Positions 42,464-52,406 are shown, counted from the stretch's first letter. The stretch: 64,000 nt of DNA from an uncultured Gammaproteobacteria bacterium (GCA_964506945.1 CAZDOC010000007.1:1284-65283), one strand, 5' to 3'. Notes: generated by a model not told the origin, from the sequence alone. Numbers and translations: made by a program.

Positions 42464-43129
42464 ATGTCTGATGAGATACCGACAATCGCGATCCTGGGGG
42501 GCACCGGGAACCTGGGTCTTGCCCTGGCATGGCGTTGGGCCAGAGCCGGCTATCCCGTTTCCATTGGCTCACGTTCAGAGGAAAAGGCCAGGGACGCGGC
42601 AGACAGGCTCAATGAAAGAACCGGCCGGGACAATGTGAACGGCTGCAGTCATGCCGACGCCGTCCGCGATGCCGACATCGTCGTTCTGACCGTCCCCTAT
42701 GCGGCTCACGAGTCCACCCTGAAGACCATCAAGGCACATCTCTCGGGTCAGGTGCTGATCGACACCACCGTTCCCCTCAGGCCGCCCAGGGTGAGCGTCG
42801 TGCAATTGCCGGCAGAGGGCACGGTCGCGGTCCACACCCAGGAATACCTGGGGTCGGGCGCCCGCGTCGTTGCCGCATTTCACAATGTCGCCGCCAGTCT
42901 CCTCGACAAGGAGGGTGACATCGACTCTGATGTGCTGGTGACATCGGACGATGATGAGGCGAAGGCAGGGGTGATAGCGCTGGCGAAGGCCGCGGGATGC
43001 CATGCCCTGGATGCCGGGGCACTGGCCAATGCCATCGTTATGGAATCGCTCACCAGCCTGTTGATCCACTTGAACAGGACATACAAGAGCGGACATGCCG
43101 GGATCCGGATAACCGGCCTGAATGAGTGA
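42464..43129 (+). CDS. npdG: NADPH-dependent F420 reductase (F420H2:NADP+ oxidoreductase)
   Basis: IAILGGTGNLG, IGSRSEEKA, LTVPY, IDTTVPL, VVAAFHNVAA, ESLTSLLIHLNRTYK..AGIRITG. Start at 42464 (track gives 42407). Confidence 0.92.
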   Translation: MSDEIPTIAILGGTGNLGLALAWRWARAGYPVSIGSRSEEKARDAADRLNERTGRDNVNGCSHADAVRDADIVVLTVPYAAHESTLKTIKAHLSGQVLIDTTVPLRPPRVSVVQLPAEGTVAVHTQEYLGSGARVVAAFHNVAASLLDKEGDIDSDVLVTSDDDEAKAGVIALAKAAGCHALDAGALANAIVMESLTSLLIHLNRTYKSGHAGIRITGLNE

Positions 43130-43138
43130 GGGATGATG

Positions 43139-43319
43139 TTGTCGAGAATTCTGGAGCAAGCCCTGGATGGTCCATCGAGTCAATCGCGCTGTTGATCCGG
43201 CCTTCTCCTTCCGATTGATGCGGAATGGCTTGAAGTGTATGCCCCGGCATGTGGCCTGACCTCCTCCTGTGCGGACATGCACGCCCTCCATCCAGGGCTT
43301 GCTCCAGGATTCTGACAAT
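43139..43319. repeat. About 180-bp intergenic element bounded by ~31-bp imperfect inverted repeats (MITE-like or large stem-loop)
   Basis: TTGTCgAGAATtCTGGAGCAAGCCCTGGATGG (43139-43170) pairs with CCATCCAGGGCTTGCTCCAGgATTCTGACAA (43288-43318); the 20-bp core is perfect. Confidence 0.75.
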
Positions 43320-43373
43320 TGAACCCCGTCGGGATCGGCTATCCCCGGATCACATTTCCCCGGGCATCGGTTG

Positions 43374-44144
43374 TCAGGGCCGGAACAGGTCCTGGGATTT
43401 GTCCCGTAACAGGCACCGTGCTCCCTGTCCTGATGGTGAGACGGGATAACCCCGGATCAGAACGACGGGTGTTGCCTCGTCGGCCTCCCCCATCATCAGG
43501 CAGGCCGCAGCGGCGAGAGCGTCGGCATCCGCGGTCTCGCTGACCAGTAACCGGCGGTCATACATGTCATGCCGGCCCCGCAGGTCGCGCAGGGTCTGAA
43601 AGCCGGCCGCGCCGATGGCGACACCGACACTGCCCAGGCGCCAGGGACGGCCGATACTGTCGGTAACGAGGATCCCGACCTGTTTGCCGGTGATGCGCAG
43701 CAGCGATTCCCGCAGGGCCCTGGCCGAGGCATCCGGGTCCCTGGGTAGCAGCAGGACCCGTTCACCGCCATCATCGGCATTACCGATATTGGAATGATCG
43801 ATGCCTGCATTCGCCAGTATGACACCGCTGTTGTGTTCGACGATGATGAGTCCGGGTCTGAGGGCGATGATCTCCCGTGACTCCGCCAGCACCAGTTCAA
43901 TCAGCCTGGGATCCTTGTCGACCTTATGGGCCAGTTCCCGCGCCTGCCGTGAAGGGGTGACCGATGCCAGTTCGACAAAACGGTCCTCGGCCTTGGATAC
44001 GATCTTCTGTGCCAGGCAGAGAATATCGCCATCATGCAAGGCATTGCCTGATGCGGTCAGCGCCTGCGCCATGATCCGCGCCAGATCCACACCGGCCTCG
44101 ATGACGGGTATGCCCGGGATGGTGATGACTTGTAGTGTATCCAA
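43374..44144 (-). CDS. cofE: Coenzyme F420-0:L-glutamate ligase (standalone, no nitroreductase domain)
   Basis: AQKIVSKAEDR, ANAGIDHSN, LLPRDPDASA, VTDSIGRPWRLG, ADALAAAA, GEADEATPVVLIRG. Likely TTG start at 44144 (track gives 44348). Confidence 0.93.
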   Translation of the reverse strand: MDTLQVITIPGIPVIEAGVDLARIMAQALTASGNALHDGDILCLAQKIVSKAEDRFVELASVTPSRQARELAHKVDKDPRLIELVLAESREIIALRPGLIIVEHNSGVILANAGIDHSNIGNADDGGERVLLLPRDPDASARALRESLLRITGKQVGILVTDSIGRPWRLGSVGVAIGAAGFQTLRDLRGRHDMYDRRLLVSETADADALAAAACLMMGEADEATPVVLIRGYPVSPSGQGARCLLRDKSQDLFRP

Positions 44145-44315
44145 AGGCTGTGTCTCGTGCGCACCATGTTGCGGGAGCTGGATCGACCAACAGGTCTCGT
44201 GCAAGACCCCCGACAGGAGGATCCTTTTCGGTCCATTGTCAGGGGCATCCCGGGGCCGAGATCCCGGCCCCGGCCATTCTAGCGGAGAACCCTGATTGAT
44301 GACACACTGTCCAGC

Positions 44316-45296
44316 ATGATCACTCTGGGAAAGATCCAGCCAAAACACCTGGTCCTGTCCGGCGGTGTCGGCGGTGCCAAACTGGTCCTGGGCCTGTCAC
44401 ATGCGCTGCCACCCGAGAGCCTGCATGTCGTGGTCAATAGCGCCGATGATTTCGTCCACCAGGGCCTTTATGTCTGCCCGGATATCGATACCCTGATCTA
44501 TACGCTCGCGGGCCTGAACAACAGGGAACTGGGCTGGGGGCGCGCGGACGAAACCTGGAACTATATGCAGGCCTGTGAAGAACTGGGCCTGGAACACTGG
44601 TTCAGGCTCGGTGACAAGGACCTTGCCCTGCATGTCCACCGTACCCGGCAGCTGGCACAGGGTGCCGCGCTCTCCGGGGTCGTGGATGATCTGTGCACAC
44701 GTTTCGGTATCACCGTGAAGCTGATGCCCATGAGTGACGACCCCGTGCGGACCTTCGTGGAGAGCGGGGCGGGCAGGCTTGCCTTCCAGGAATATTTCGT
44801 CAAGCATGCTTGTGAACCGGTGGTGCATGATATCGTCTTCGATGGTGCTGAGACGGCCAGACCCTGTGCCGGGATCCCCGCCATACTGGAAGACCCCGGG
44901 CTTCAGGCGGTCATAATCGCGCCCTCCAATCCGTTCCTCAGCATCCGGCCGATCCTCTCCTGTGGTGGTCTCCAGAAGACCTTGTCCCGCACACGGGCAC
45001 CCTGTGTCGTCGTCTCACCCATCGTACAGGGGCAGGCGCTGAAAGGCCCCACCGCAAAACTGATGCGGGAACTGGGTCTGGATTGTGATGTGCCGGCGAT
45101 AGCCGGTCTGTATGCCGATATCGCCGACGGCATCGTCATCGATGCCCGGGATGCAGGCCATGTCGCGGCTATCGAGGCACGGGGGCTGCGCGTCATGACC
45201 ACGGACATCATCATGCAATCCCTGCGGGACCGCATCAGGCTGGCGCGGGAGGTCGTCGGGTTCGCCCGCACCCTGTGGGCGGGAGAGGACGACTGA
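44316..45296 (+). CDS. cofD: 2-phospho-L-lactate transferase (CofD/FbiA)
   Basis: LSGGVGGAKL, NSADDF, PDIDTLIYTL, WFRLGDKD, FQEYFVK, PSNPFLSI, VSPIVQGQALKGP. Confidence 0.95.
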   Translation: MITLGKIQPKHLVLSGGVGGAKLVLGLSHALPPESLHVVVNSADDFVHQGLYVCPDIDTLIYTLAGLNNRELGWGRADETWNYMQACEELGLEHWFRLGDKDLALHVHRTRQLAQGAALSGVVDDLCTRFGITVKLMPMSDDPVRTFVESGAGRLAFQEYFVKHACEPVVHDIVFDGAETARPCAGIPAILEDPGLQAVIIAPSNPFLSIRPILSCGGLQKTLSRTRAPCVVVSPIVQGQALKGPTAKLMRELGLDCDVPAIAGLYADIADGIVIDARDAGHVAAIEARGLRVMTTDIIMQSLRDRIRLAREVVGFARTLWAGEDD

Positions 45297-45297
45297 G

Positions 45298-45933
45298 ATG
45301 TGGGTCATCGTACCGGTCAAGAGACTTCGCAACTGCAAACGCCGGCTGTCCACCGTCCTCGATACCGGGCAGCGCGCACGGTTCAGCCGCCTGCTCCTGC
45401 TCGATGTCCTGTCGGCCCTGGCGGCCCCTGCGGGTGTCCAGGGCATCACCCTGGTCAGCAGTGATCCCGGACTGGCCGGCGTGGCGCGGAACTGTCAGGC
45501 GGATCTCCTGTTGCTGGAGAAGGATTCCGGTTATTCAGAGGATGTCCTGCTGGCCATAGGGCGCCTGGGCCGGGACGAGAGGGAACGGATCGCCATCATT
45601 CCGTCCGATGTCCCGCGGATATCACCTGCCGAGGTAGCGGGTCTCTGCCGCTCACCGCGCGGCGGTATCACGCTCTGCCCGGCCCACCGGGACGCAGGAA
45701 CCAATGCCCTGGTCTTTACCTCCCCGCTCACGATACCGCTGTTGTTTGGCAAGGACAGTTTCTACCGGCACCGGCAGGCGGCCATCCGTGACGGCCTCGA
45801 GGTCCAGGTCATGGACCTGCCGGGACTGGCGCGTGATATCGATCGCCCGGAGGACCTTCTCTGGCTGGCCTCGCAGGCAGGCGGGGGACTGGCATGGTCC
45901 TATCTCAGGGAGGAACTCCGTATCGCCTGTTGA
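45298..45933 (+). CDS. cofC: 2-phospho-L-lactate/PEP guanylyltransferase (CofC/FbiD)
   Basis: VIVPVK..CKRRLS, PSDVP, GTNAL, FGKDSF..H, DIDRPEDL. Confidence 0.92.
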   Translation: MWVIVPVKRLRNCKRRLSTVLDTGQRARFSRLLLLDVLSALAAPAGVQGITLVSSDPGLAGVARNCQADLLLLEKDSGYSEDVLLAIGRLGRDERERIAIIPSDVPRISPAEVAGLCRSPRGGITLCPAHRDAGTNALVFTSPLTIPLLFGKDSFYRHRQAAIRDGLEVQVMDLPGLARDIDRPEDLLWLASQAGGGLAWSYLREELRIAC

Positions 45934-45992
45934 TGAAGCCGGGTGCCACGAACGTGATCCCTGGAGGTCCTTGCCGGCGCCATCACCGGCTC

Positions 45993-48900
45993 TCAGGCCG
46001 TCTGGCGATGCTCGACGCTGACGGTTTCACCTCGCTGCGCATGGATGTGCTCATACAGGCTCATCGGGGAATTGTGTGAGCAGTCGATGATGACCCCCTG
46101 CCCATGCAGGGCATCCTGAAGGGCGGCGCTTATGGTGTGCAGCGGCGCGCCGCCGCCTTCTCCCATGCCCTTGGCGCCGTTATAGCTGAACGGTGAGGGG
46201 GTCTCGATATTGGCATACTTCAGGATTGGCATGTTGTTGATCGTGATCGGCGCATAATCGGTGAACGATCCCGACAGGACATTGCCCTCATCGTCGTAGG
46301 GCATGGTCTCTATCAGGGCCGCGCCCAGTCCATGGGCAGTGGCTCCATGGACCTGGCCCTCGACGATCATGTGATTGATGACCTTGCCGCAATCATCGAC
46401 GGCGGCATAATCCAGGATCCGGGTCTGGCCGGTTTTCACATCGACCTCGACCACCGCCATATGCAGTTGCAGGGCATAGGTGAGGGTGAGATTGCCATAT
46501 TTCCTGTCCAGATCGGGGATCTGGAACGGTGGCACGTACACATGCCGGGCATTGAGGCTGATATCCCGCAGTTCCTCCGGCAAGGTCGCGTTGTTGTAGT
46601 TCACCATGTTCGACAGGGCCCAGTAGTTGACGGACTTGTCGGTACCGCTCACCCTGACTTCAGGGCCTTCATTGCCCATGCCGAATTCCAGATCGTCCTC
46701 ATTGGCCTCGAGGGCATGCGCCGCCAGTTTTCTCATTTCCGATTTGAGTTTGGTGACGGCGCCATGAATCGAGGACAGCCCGGTTACCGCGAACTGGCTG
46801 GCATAGGTGCCACAGGTGCCGGTATGCGAGTTGCGTTCGGTATCAAAACCGGTTTTTACGATGACCTGACTGGTGCCGATGCCCAGTTCATCCGCCACCA
46901 CCTGGGCAGCGGTCGTTTCGTGGCCTTGTCCCTGAGGAAAGGAGCCGACGCAAACGGAGACGGAACCGTCGAGGTCCAGTTTTACTATCGCTGTCTGGGA
47001 ATTGCCGGAGAACGGCAGAAAAGGATTGATGATCCTCGCCTGCGCAAAATTATTGGTGCCGGAATCCAGGGTGGTGCCTATGCCGATACCCAGCAGGCGG
47101 CCCTGCGCGCGCGCCTCGTCCTGTTTCCGCCGCCACGCGTCCCAGCCGATGAGTTCCTTGGCCCTGGCCATCATCGCGGGGAAATCCCCGGAATCGTAGA
47201 TACAGCCATTCGGTGTGGTGTAGGGGAACTCTTCGATGTAGTTGCGCAGCCTGATCTCGTCCGCGGGGATCCCCAGTTCATGACCGCAGATATCGATAAC
47301 ACGCTCCATGAACCACATGTGCGGCAGGCGCGAATAACCGCGGTTGGGTGCGCACGGCCCCTTGTTGGTCATCACCTGGCTGAAATCGATGCGCACATTG
47401 CGCAGCTTGTAGGCCGCCGGCAGTACCTGGGACCAGATCACGCATCCCAGGGGTTCATACCGGGGGTAGGCGCCACAGTCATCGACATGGCGGGAACGCA
47501 GGCCGGTGATGACGCCGCGCTCGTCCAGGGCCACCTCGGTATCGAAATAGTCCCGTTCGCTGCCATGCCCCCCCGCCTGCATGTATTCACTGCGGGTCTC
47601 CACCCATTTGACGGGTCTGCCGCCCAGTTTGCGCGAGGCCAGCGCCGCCAGTGTCATATAGGGGTAGTTGCAGATCTTGTTGCCGAAACTGCCGCCGATG
47701 TCATGGGTGCGCAGGCGGATCTGATCGATACGGACATTGAGAGCGCTCGCGATCATGGTCAGAGGGACCGTCATGGCGGTATTCGAGAAGAAATCGAGTT
47801 TGTCGCGGGGATCCCAGGTGGCCACGACCGCGTTGGTTTCCAGTGGCGTGCTGCTGAAGCGATGAAACTTCAGATGATCGATCCGGATCACATGCGCGGC
47901 GTCCCTGAAGGCCGCATCGACATCGCCGTATTCATAAACCCCTTGCCAGGTCCTGTTCGTTCCTGCGGACTCATGCAATACCACCTTGTCCTCCAGTGCC
48001 TCGCTACAGGTGACGACGGCGGGCAGCTTTTCATATTCCACGCCGATCAACTGCGCCGCATCCGTGGCTATCTCCACGGATTCCGCGATCACTGCGGCAA
48101 CGGGATCCCCCTGGTAAACCACCTTGTCGACCGCCAGCGCATAGTCCTTGATACTGGCGCTGGGCTCCTGGCCGATTTGCATGAAGGGAACCATGAGTTC
48201 GGTGATCTCCCTGCCGGTGAGCGTGCCCAGGACACCGGGCAGGGATTCGGCCTGGGAGACATCGATTTCCAGTATGCGGGCATGTGCATAGGGTGAGCGT
48301 ACCAGGACCATGTGCAACATGCCGCCGGCTTGCAGATCATCCACATACAATCCCTGGCCCCGGATGAGGCGCATGTCTTCCTTGCGGGCCAGGGCGCCGG
48401 ATTGTCGCGGCATGGCAAGTATCCGTTCCATCCGGGATTTGGCATCCTGCTGCAGGACCCGCGCATCCTCCGGCTGTTCCGCCAGGCCCGTGTCCCGGGC
48501 CTTCGCTACGCCGGTGGTGGAGACGGTCGTGGCCTGTTGACCCCCACGACCCAGCAGAAAGGCGATCAGACGGGAATACCAGGGGCTCTTCGCGGGTGCC
48601 TGTACAGCCCTGCTCGCCATCGCCTCCGGAGTCAGTGATTGTTGCAGGCTGTTGATCAGTACGTTGATCTCTTTTTCCGCATAGCCTCGCAGACCCCCGC
48701 CGGCCAGGGACAGGATCTTGCCTGCCAGAACGGTCTCGGCGCTCCATTTGATCCGGGTTGCATCGCCCAGGGGTTCGAGCCGGAACGCAGAGACCATCTG
48801 GTAGGCCCCCTGCATGACCTTGCCCTTGCCGATATAGCGGATACTCTCCGGAGGCAGGGCTTCATCGAGGATCAATCGAGTCGATGCCAGCGCGCGGATC

Positions 48901-49067
48901 TTGCCGATGCCCACCTTTACCCGCAGATTTGCCGTTTTTTCATCGAGCATCTCCAGGCTGTGATAGGTCGGCAGCAGGGGGGCGAATTTTTCCGGATCCG
49001 AGAGCAGCTCGAATACCTTCTCCCTGGGGAGTTCGATCCTGAATTCGCCGTCAAATTTCATCTCCAT
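45993..49067 (-). CDS. Xanthine-oxidase-family Mo-cofactor large subunit with N-terminal CoxG (SRPBCC) domain
   Basis: First ~145 aa are CoxG-like. Then RKEDMRLIRGQGLYVDD, RSPYAHARI, GGSFGNK, PNRGYSR, GQGHET, VHGATAHG, AKGMGEGG, all in one ORF. Confidence 0.88.
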   Translation of the reverse strand: MEMKFDGEFRIELPREKVFELLSDPEKFAPLLPTYHSLEMLDEKTANLRVKVGIGKIRALASTRLILDEALPPESIRYIGKGKVMQGAYQMVSAFRLEPLGDATRIKWSAETVLAGKILSLAGGGLRGYAEKEINVLINSLQQSLTPEAMASRAVQAPAKSPWYSRLIAFLLGRGGQQATTVSTTGVAKARDTGLAEQPEDARVLQQDAKSRMERILAMPRQSGALARKEDMRLIRGQGLYVDDLQAGGMLHMVLVRSPYAHARILEIDVSQAESLPGVLGTLTGREITELMVPFMQIGQEPSASIKDYALAVDKVVYQGDPVAAVIAESVEIATDAAQLIGVEYEKLPAVVTCSEALEDKVVLHESAGTNRTWQGVYEYGDVDAAFRDAAHVIRIDHLKFHRFSSTPLETNAVVATWDPRDKLDFFSNTAMTVPLTMIASALNVRIDQIRLRTHDIGGSFGNKICNYPYMTLAALASRKLGGRPVKWVETRSEYMQAGGHGSERDYFDTEVALDERGVITGLRSRHVDDCGAYPRYEPLGCVIWSQVLPAAYKLRNVRIDFSQVMTNKGPCAPNRGYSRLPHMWFMERVIDICGHELGIPADEIRLRNYIEEFPYTTPNGCIYDSGDFPAMMARAKELIGWDAWRRKQDEARAQGRLLGIGIGTTLDSGTNNFAQARIINPFLPFSGNSQTAIVKLDLDGSVSVCVGSFPQGQGHETTAAQVVADELGIGTSQVIVKTGFDTERNSHTGTCGTYASQFAVTGLSSIHGAVTKLKSEMRKLAAHALEANEDDLEFGMGNEGPEVRVSGTDKSVNYWALSNMVNYNNATLPEELRDISLNARHVYVPPFQIPDLDRKYGNLTLTYALQLHMAVVEVDVKTGQTRILDYAAVDDCGKVINHMIVEGQVHGATAHGLGAALIETMPYDDEGNVLSGSFTDYAPITINNMPILKYANIETPSPFSYNGAKGMGEGGGAPLHTISAALQDALHGQGVIIDCSHNSPMSLYEHIHAQRGETVSVEHRQTA

Positions 49068-49070
49068 CGT

Positions 49071-49559
49071 TCAGTCCTCACGCATGACCCTGGCGGCTTG
49101 TTGAATGGATTTGATGATATTCTGGTAGCCGGTACAACGGCAGACATTACCCGCCAGACGCCGGCGGATGTCCTTGAGATCGGGATCGGGCTGCTCGGCC
49201 AGAAGCGCCAGGGATGACATCAGCATGCCCGGGGTGCAATAGCCGCATTGCAGGCCATGGTTTTCCGAAAAGGCCTGCTGCAGCGGATGCAACACACCGT
49301 CTTTTTCCAGACCCTCGACGGTCAGGATCTCACCGCCATCGGCCTGCACGGCGAGCAGGGTGCAGGATTTCACCGCGTCCCCGTCCAGGATCACGGTACA
49401 GGCCCCGCAATAGCTGGTATCACAGCCGATATGGGTGCCCGTCAGGCCCAGCACCTTGCGAATGAACTCGACCAGCAGCAGGCGGGGTTCTATCCGTTGC
49501 CGGTGGGTCTTGCCGTTGACGATAATGGTGACGGGGACGATCTGCTTGTGCTCAGACAT
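49071..49559 (-). CDS. 2Fe-2S small subunit (CoxS/CutS-like)
   Basis: [33 protein letters not shown]. Start at 49559. Confidence 0.93.
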   Translation of the reverse strand: MSEHKQIVPVTIIVNGKTHRQRIEPRLLLVEFIRKVLGLTGTHIGCDTSYCGACTVILDGDAVKSCTLLAVQADGGEILTVEGLEKDGVLHPLQQAFSENHGLQCGYCTPGMLMSSLALLAEQPDPDLKDIRRRLAGNVCRCTGYQNIIKSIQQAARVMRED

Positions 49560-50448
49560 ATTCTGTTTTCCCGTTGACTTGTTTCCCACGCGCGCGTTCG
49601 ATGGCGGTATGTGCCGCCTTGATGAACAGGGAATGCAGCATGCTGCGCTTGAATGACGCCGACCCCCGCGAGTCCGATGGCGGATCCGAGCGGGAGATGA
49701 TTGCCTCGGCGGCCAGTTCGATATTCTTGCTGGACAGTTCCTGGCCGCGCAGGACGGCTTCGGCTTCTTCGCAGATCACCGGTCGGGGACCGGCGGAGCC
49801 GAGCACCAGGCGCACGTCCTTGCAGACATCGTCATCTGCCAGGGTCAGCTGTACGCCCGCCGTGGCGGCGGGGTAGGCCGGGGCGGCCTTCTTGAATCCC
49901 AGGTAGGCGCCGCCGCTGCGGCCTTGCGGGATGCGAAAGCGGATCTCCCTGACCAGTTCGGAATCCTTCAGTGCCGTGGTATAGGAGTCCTTGATGAAAT
50001 CCCTGATGGACAGGACCCGCTCGCCCGAGGCACCCTGGCAGACGACCTCGGCATCCAGGGTATGCAACAATGACGGCCAGTCACAACTGGGATCGGCGCT
50101 GCTGACGGAGCCGCCAATCGTGCCACGACTGCGCACCTGTGGGTCGGCGATGCCATTGGCGCAGTCTCTGACGATGGGGAACATCGCCGCGATATCCGAG
50201 CGGGCGATACGGGCGTGCGTGGACAGGGCGCCGATACAGATCCGGCCGTCTTCCTTGACCATGTGACGCAGGTTCGGCAGTCGTCCGATGTCGATCAGTG
50301 CCGTGGGTTCATCCATACGCAGTTTCAGTATCGGGATCAGGGATTGTCCACCGGCAAGCGGTTTCGCGCCTTCCCCGAGTTCCGACAGCAGGCGGATCGC
50401 CTCATCCAGGGTGGCGGGGCGGTAATAATCAAAGGCTGCGGGATACAT
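49552..50448 (-). CDS. FAD-binding medium subunit (CoxM/CutM-like)
   Basis: [35 protein letters not shown] region. Confidence 0.93.
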   Translation of the reverse strand: MYPAAFDYYRPATLDEAIRLLSELGEGAKPLAGGQSLIPILKLRMDEPTALIDIGRLPNLRHMVKEDGRICIGALSTHARIARSDIAAMFPIVRDCANGIADPQVRSRGTIGGSVSSADPSCDWPSLLHTLDAEVVCQGASGERVLSIRDFIKDSYTTALKDSELVREIRFRIPQGRSGGAYLGFKKAAPAYPAATAGVQLTLADDDVCKDVRLVLGSAGPRPVICEEAEAVLRGQELSSKNIELAAEAIISRSDPPSDSRGSASFKRSMLHSLFIKAAHTAIERARGKQVNGKTEYV

Positions 50449-50897
50449 TCGTCATCATGCTCCAAATCATGCGGCATCGTGCCGGGACCTGCGGGTCTGT
50501 CTGCCTGCCGGGGGTGATCCTAAGGCGGCGCCCAGGCCGATGCCAGACGATACCGCATTGCAGCAATCCGGGTCGGGGACGTTTTCATCGCTATCATGCG
50601 TCATCAAGCCGATGCTGGCGTGGTCCGGAACGAGCCGGGATCCGGGCGCAGGCAGACACCGGTGGCGCTGGCTGCCAGGACCCTGATCCTGGCGCCCGGT
50701 GCTGAAAATATACAGTATAAACAGAAGACAAAAGCCGCTTTCACCATTTCCTGCCCTTGCGCCCCAGATGCCGATTGGCGATACCCTCGGGTTGTCGTGG
50801 ACAGCCCGGAACCCGCAAGCCCCTATCGTGGTCTCGATTGCCAGGCGGTCCTGGACAAGTATAAAACATATTCCCAAAAAAACCATACGCAAGCGTA

Positions 50898-50926
50898 TTG
50901 ACATGTTTTGTCATCTCGCCTAGCCT
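50898..50926 (+). promoter_or_regulatory. Putative sigma70 promoter for the rightward Mo-enzyme operon
   Basis: TTGACA-17 bp-TAGCCT, flanked and overlapped by palindromes. Confidence 0.6.
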
Positions 50927-51041
50927 TGGTCATGAATTGCCGATTCATGGAGATCCTTCCGGCAACGGTTCCGGGGGTACGGTGCAGTGACAAGCGGCCG
51001 GAGTTCCGGTGTTCGTCAACATCTGATCGCAAGGGGGTATC

Positions 51042-51917
51042 GTGGCACTGAGCAGTGTGCAGACCTATTACAGCCCCGACAGTGAAGCGGAGGTCGTCCG
51101 CTTGCTGGACAAGCACGAAGACAGCGCCCTGATCGTCGCCGGCGGCACCTTCCTGCACGGCCTCAGCTCCCGTGGCCTGCTGATGGGTATCGAGGCCCTG
51201 ATCGATATCCAGAACCTGCGTCTGGATTCCATACAGACCGATGACGGTAGCCTCGGCCTGGGCGCGACCACGCGCTTCGAACAACTCAAGACCCGCCTCA
51301 GCCCCATGCATGCCCCCTGGCTGGGCGCGGTCCTCGATGCCCTCGAGTATCCCCCGGTGCAGGTCCTGAACGCGGCCACCATCGGTGGCTGCATTGCCTC
51401 GTCCTGCCCCTTTTTCGACCTGCCGGTCAGTTTCCTGGCCCTGAACGGCACGGTGCAGATCATGGGTCCGGCAGGGGTCCGGGAGACCCCGCTGGAGGGC
51501 CTCTACACGGGTCTGTTCGAAACCGCGCTGGAAGGCAATGAATTCATCCGCGGGATACGGCTCCAGGCACCCGCCACATCCGCGGCCAGTGCTTTTCTCA
51601 AGCTCGAGAGCAATGCCAACGACCTGGCCATACTCAATCTTGCCATCAGCGTGTCCCTGGATGGATCGGGCCGATGCAGCGGGGTGCGGGTCTTTGCCGG
51701 TGGTGGTGTCGGCGAGGTCCCGGTCAGGCTGTCGGGCGCCGAGCAGGTGCTGGTCGGCGCCCGGCTCGATGACGAGACCCTGACGGCGGCGAGCCAGGCC
51801 GCACTACAGGATGTCGATCCGATCTCCGACCATCGTGCCTCGGCGGAGTACCGCAAGGCCATGACCGGGGTGCTGACCCGGCGCGTACTGCAAGCGATCC
51901 GTGAACGTCTCGCATAG
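51042..51917 (+). CDS. FAD-binding subunit, xanthine dehydrogenase family
   Basis: IVAGGTFL, VLNAATIGGCIA, SDHRASAEYR. GTG start. Confidence 0.9.
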   Translation: MALSSVQTYYSPDSEAEVVRLLDKHEDSALIVAGGTFLHGLSSRGLLMGIEALIDIQNLRLDSIQTDDGSLGLGATTRFEQLKTRLSPMHAPWLGAVLDALEYPPVQVLNAATIGGCIASSCPFFDLPVSFLALNGTVQIMGPAGVRETPLEGLYTGLFETALEGNEFIRGIRLQAPATSAASAFLKLESNANDLAILNLAISVSLDGSGRCSGVRVFAGGGVGEVPVRLSGAEQVLVGARLDDETLTAASQAALQDVDPISDHRASAEYRKAMTGVLTRRVLQAIRERLA

Positions 51918-51926
51918 AGGGGAACC

Positions 51927-52406
51927 ATGATGAAGCAGGTGATAGCGCTCGAAATCAATGGTGAGGTGCAGGAACTGCCGGTGGCGCCCTATGACAGCCT
52001 GCTGCATTGCCTGCGTGATGGTGCGAACCTGCTGGCCGCGAAGCGTGGCTGTGATTCCGGAGGCTGTGGTTGCTGCACGGTACTCATCGATGGCAAGGCG
52101 GTCTATTCCTGCATGACCCTGGCCATGTCGGTACAGGGCAGGAAGATCACCACGGTCGAAGGCTTGTCCCGGGGTGGAGCGCTGGAACCCATTCAACAGG
52201 CCTTCATCGATACCGGCGCGGTCCAGTGTGGCTATTGCACCTGTGGCATGATGATGGCCTCGAAAAATCTGCTGGACGACAACCCTCATCCCAGTGAGGC
52301 AGAGATACGCAAGGGTATCTCCGGGAACCTGTGCCGTTGTACCGGCTACAGCAAGATCGTCGATGCCGTGCGCATGGCCGCTGGCGAGCCTGGCCCGGAA
52401 GCATGA
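51927..52406 (+). CDS. 2Fe-2S subunit, xanthine dehydrogenase family
   Basis: KRGCDSGGCGCCTV, QCGYCTCG, GNLCRCTGY. Confidence 0.93.
   Translation: MMKQVIALEINGEVQELPVAPYDSLLHCLRDGANLLAAKRGCDSGGCGCCTVLIDGKAVYSCMTLAMSVQGRKITTVEGLSRGGALEPIQQAFIDTGAVQCGYCTCGMMMASKNLLDDNPHPSEAEIRKGISGNLCRCTGYSKIVDAVRMAAGEPGPEA

Noticed and set aside
45993-50448. Aerobic CO dehydrogenase (coxMSL) call
   Set aside because: The active-site loop is PNRGYSR, not AYxCSFR or AYxGAGR, and no coxD/E/F genes are present.
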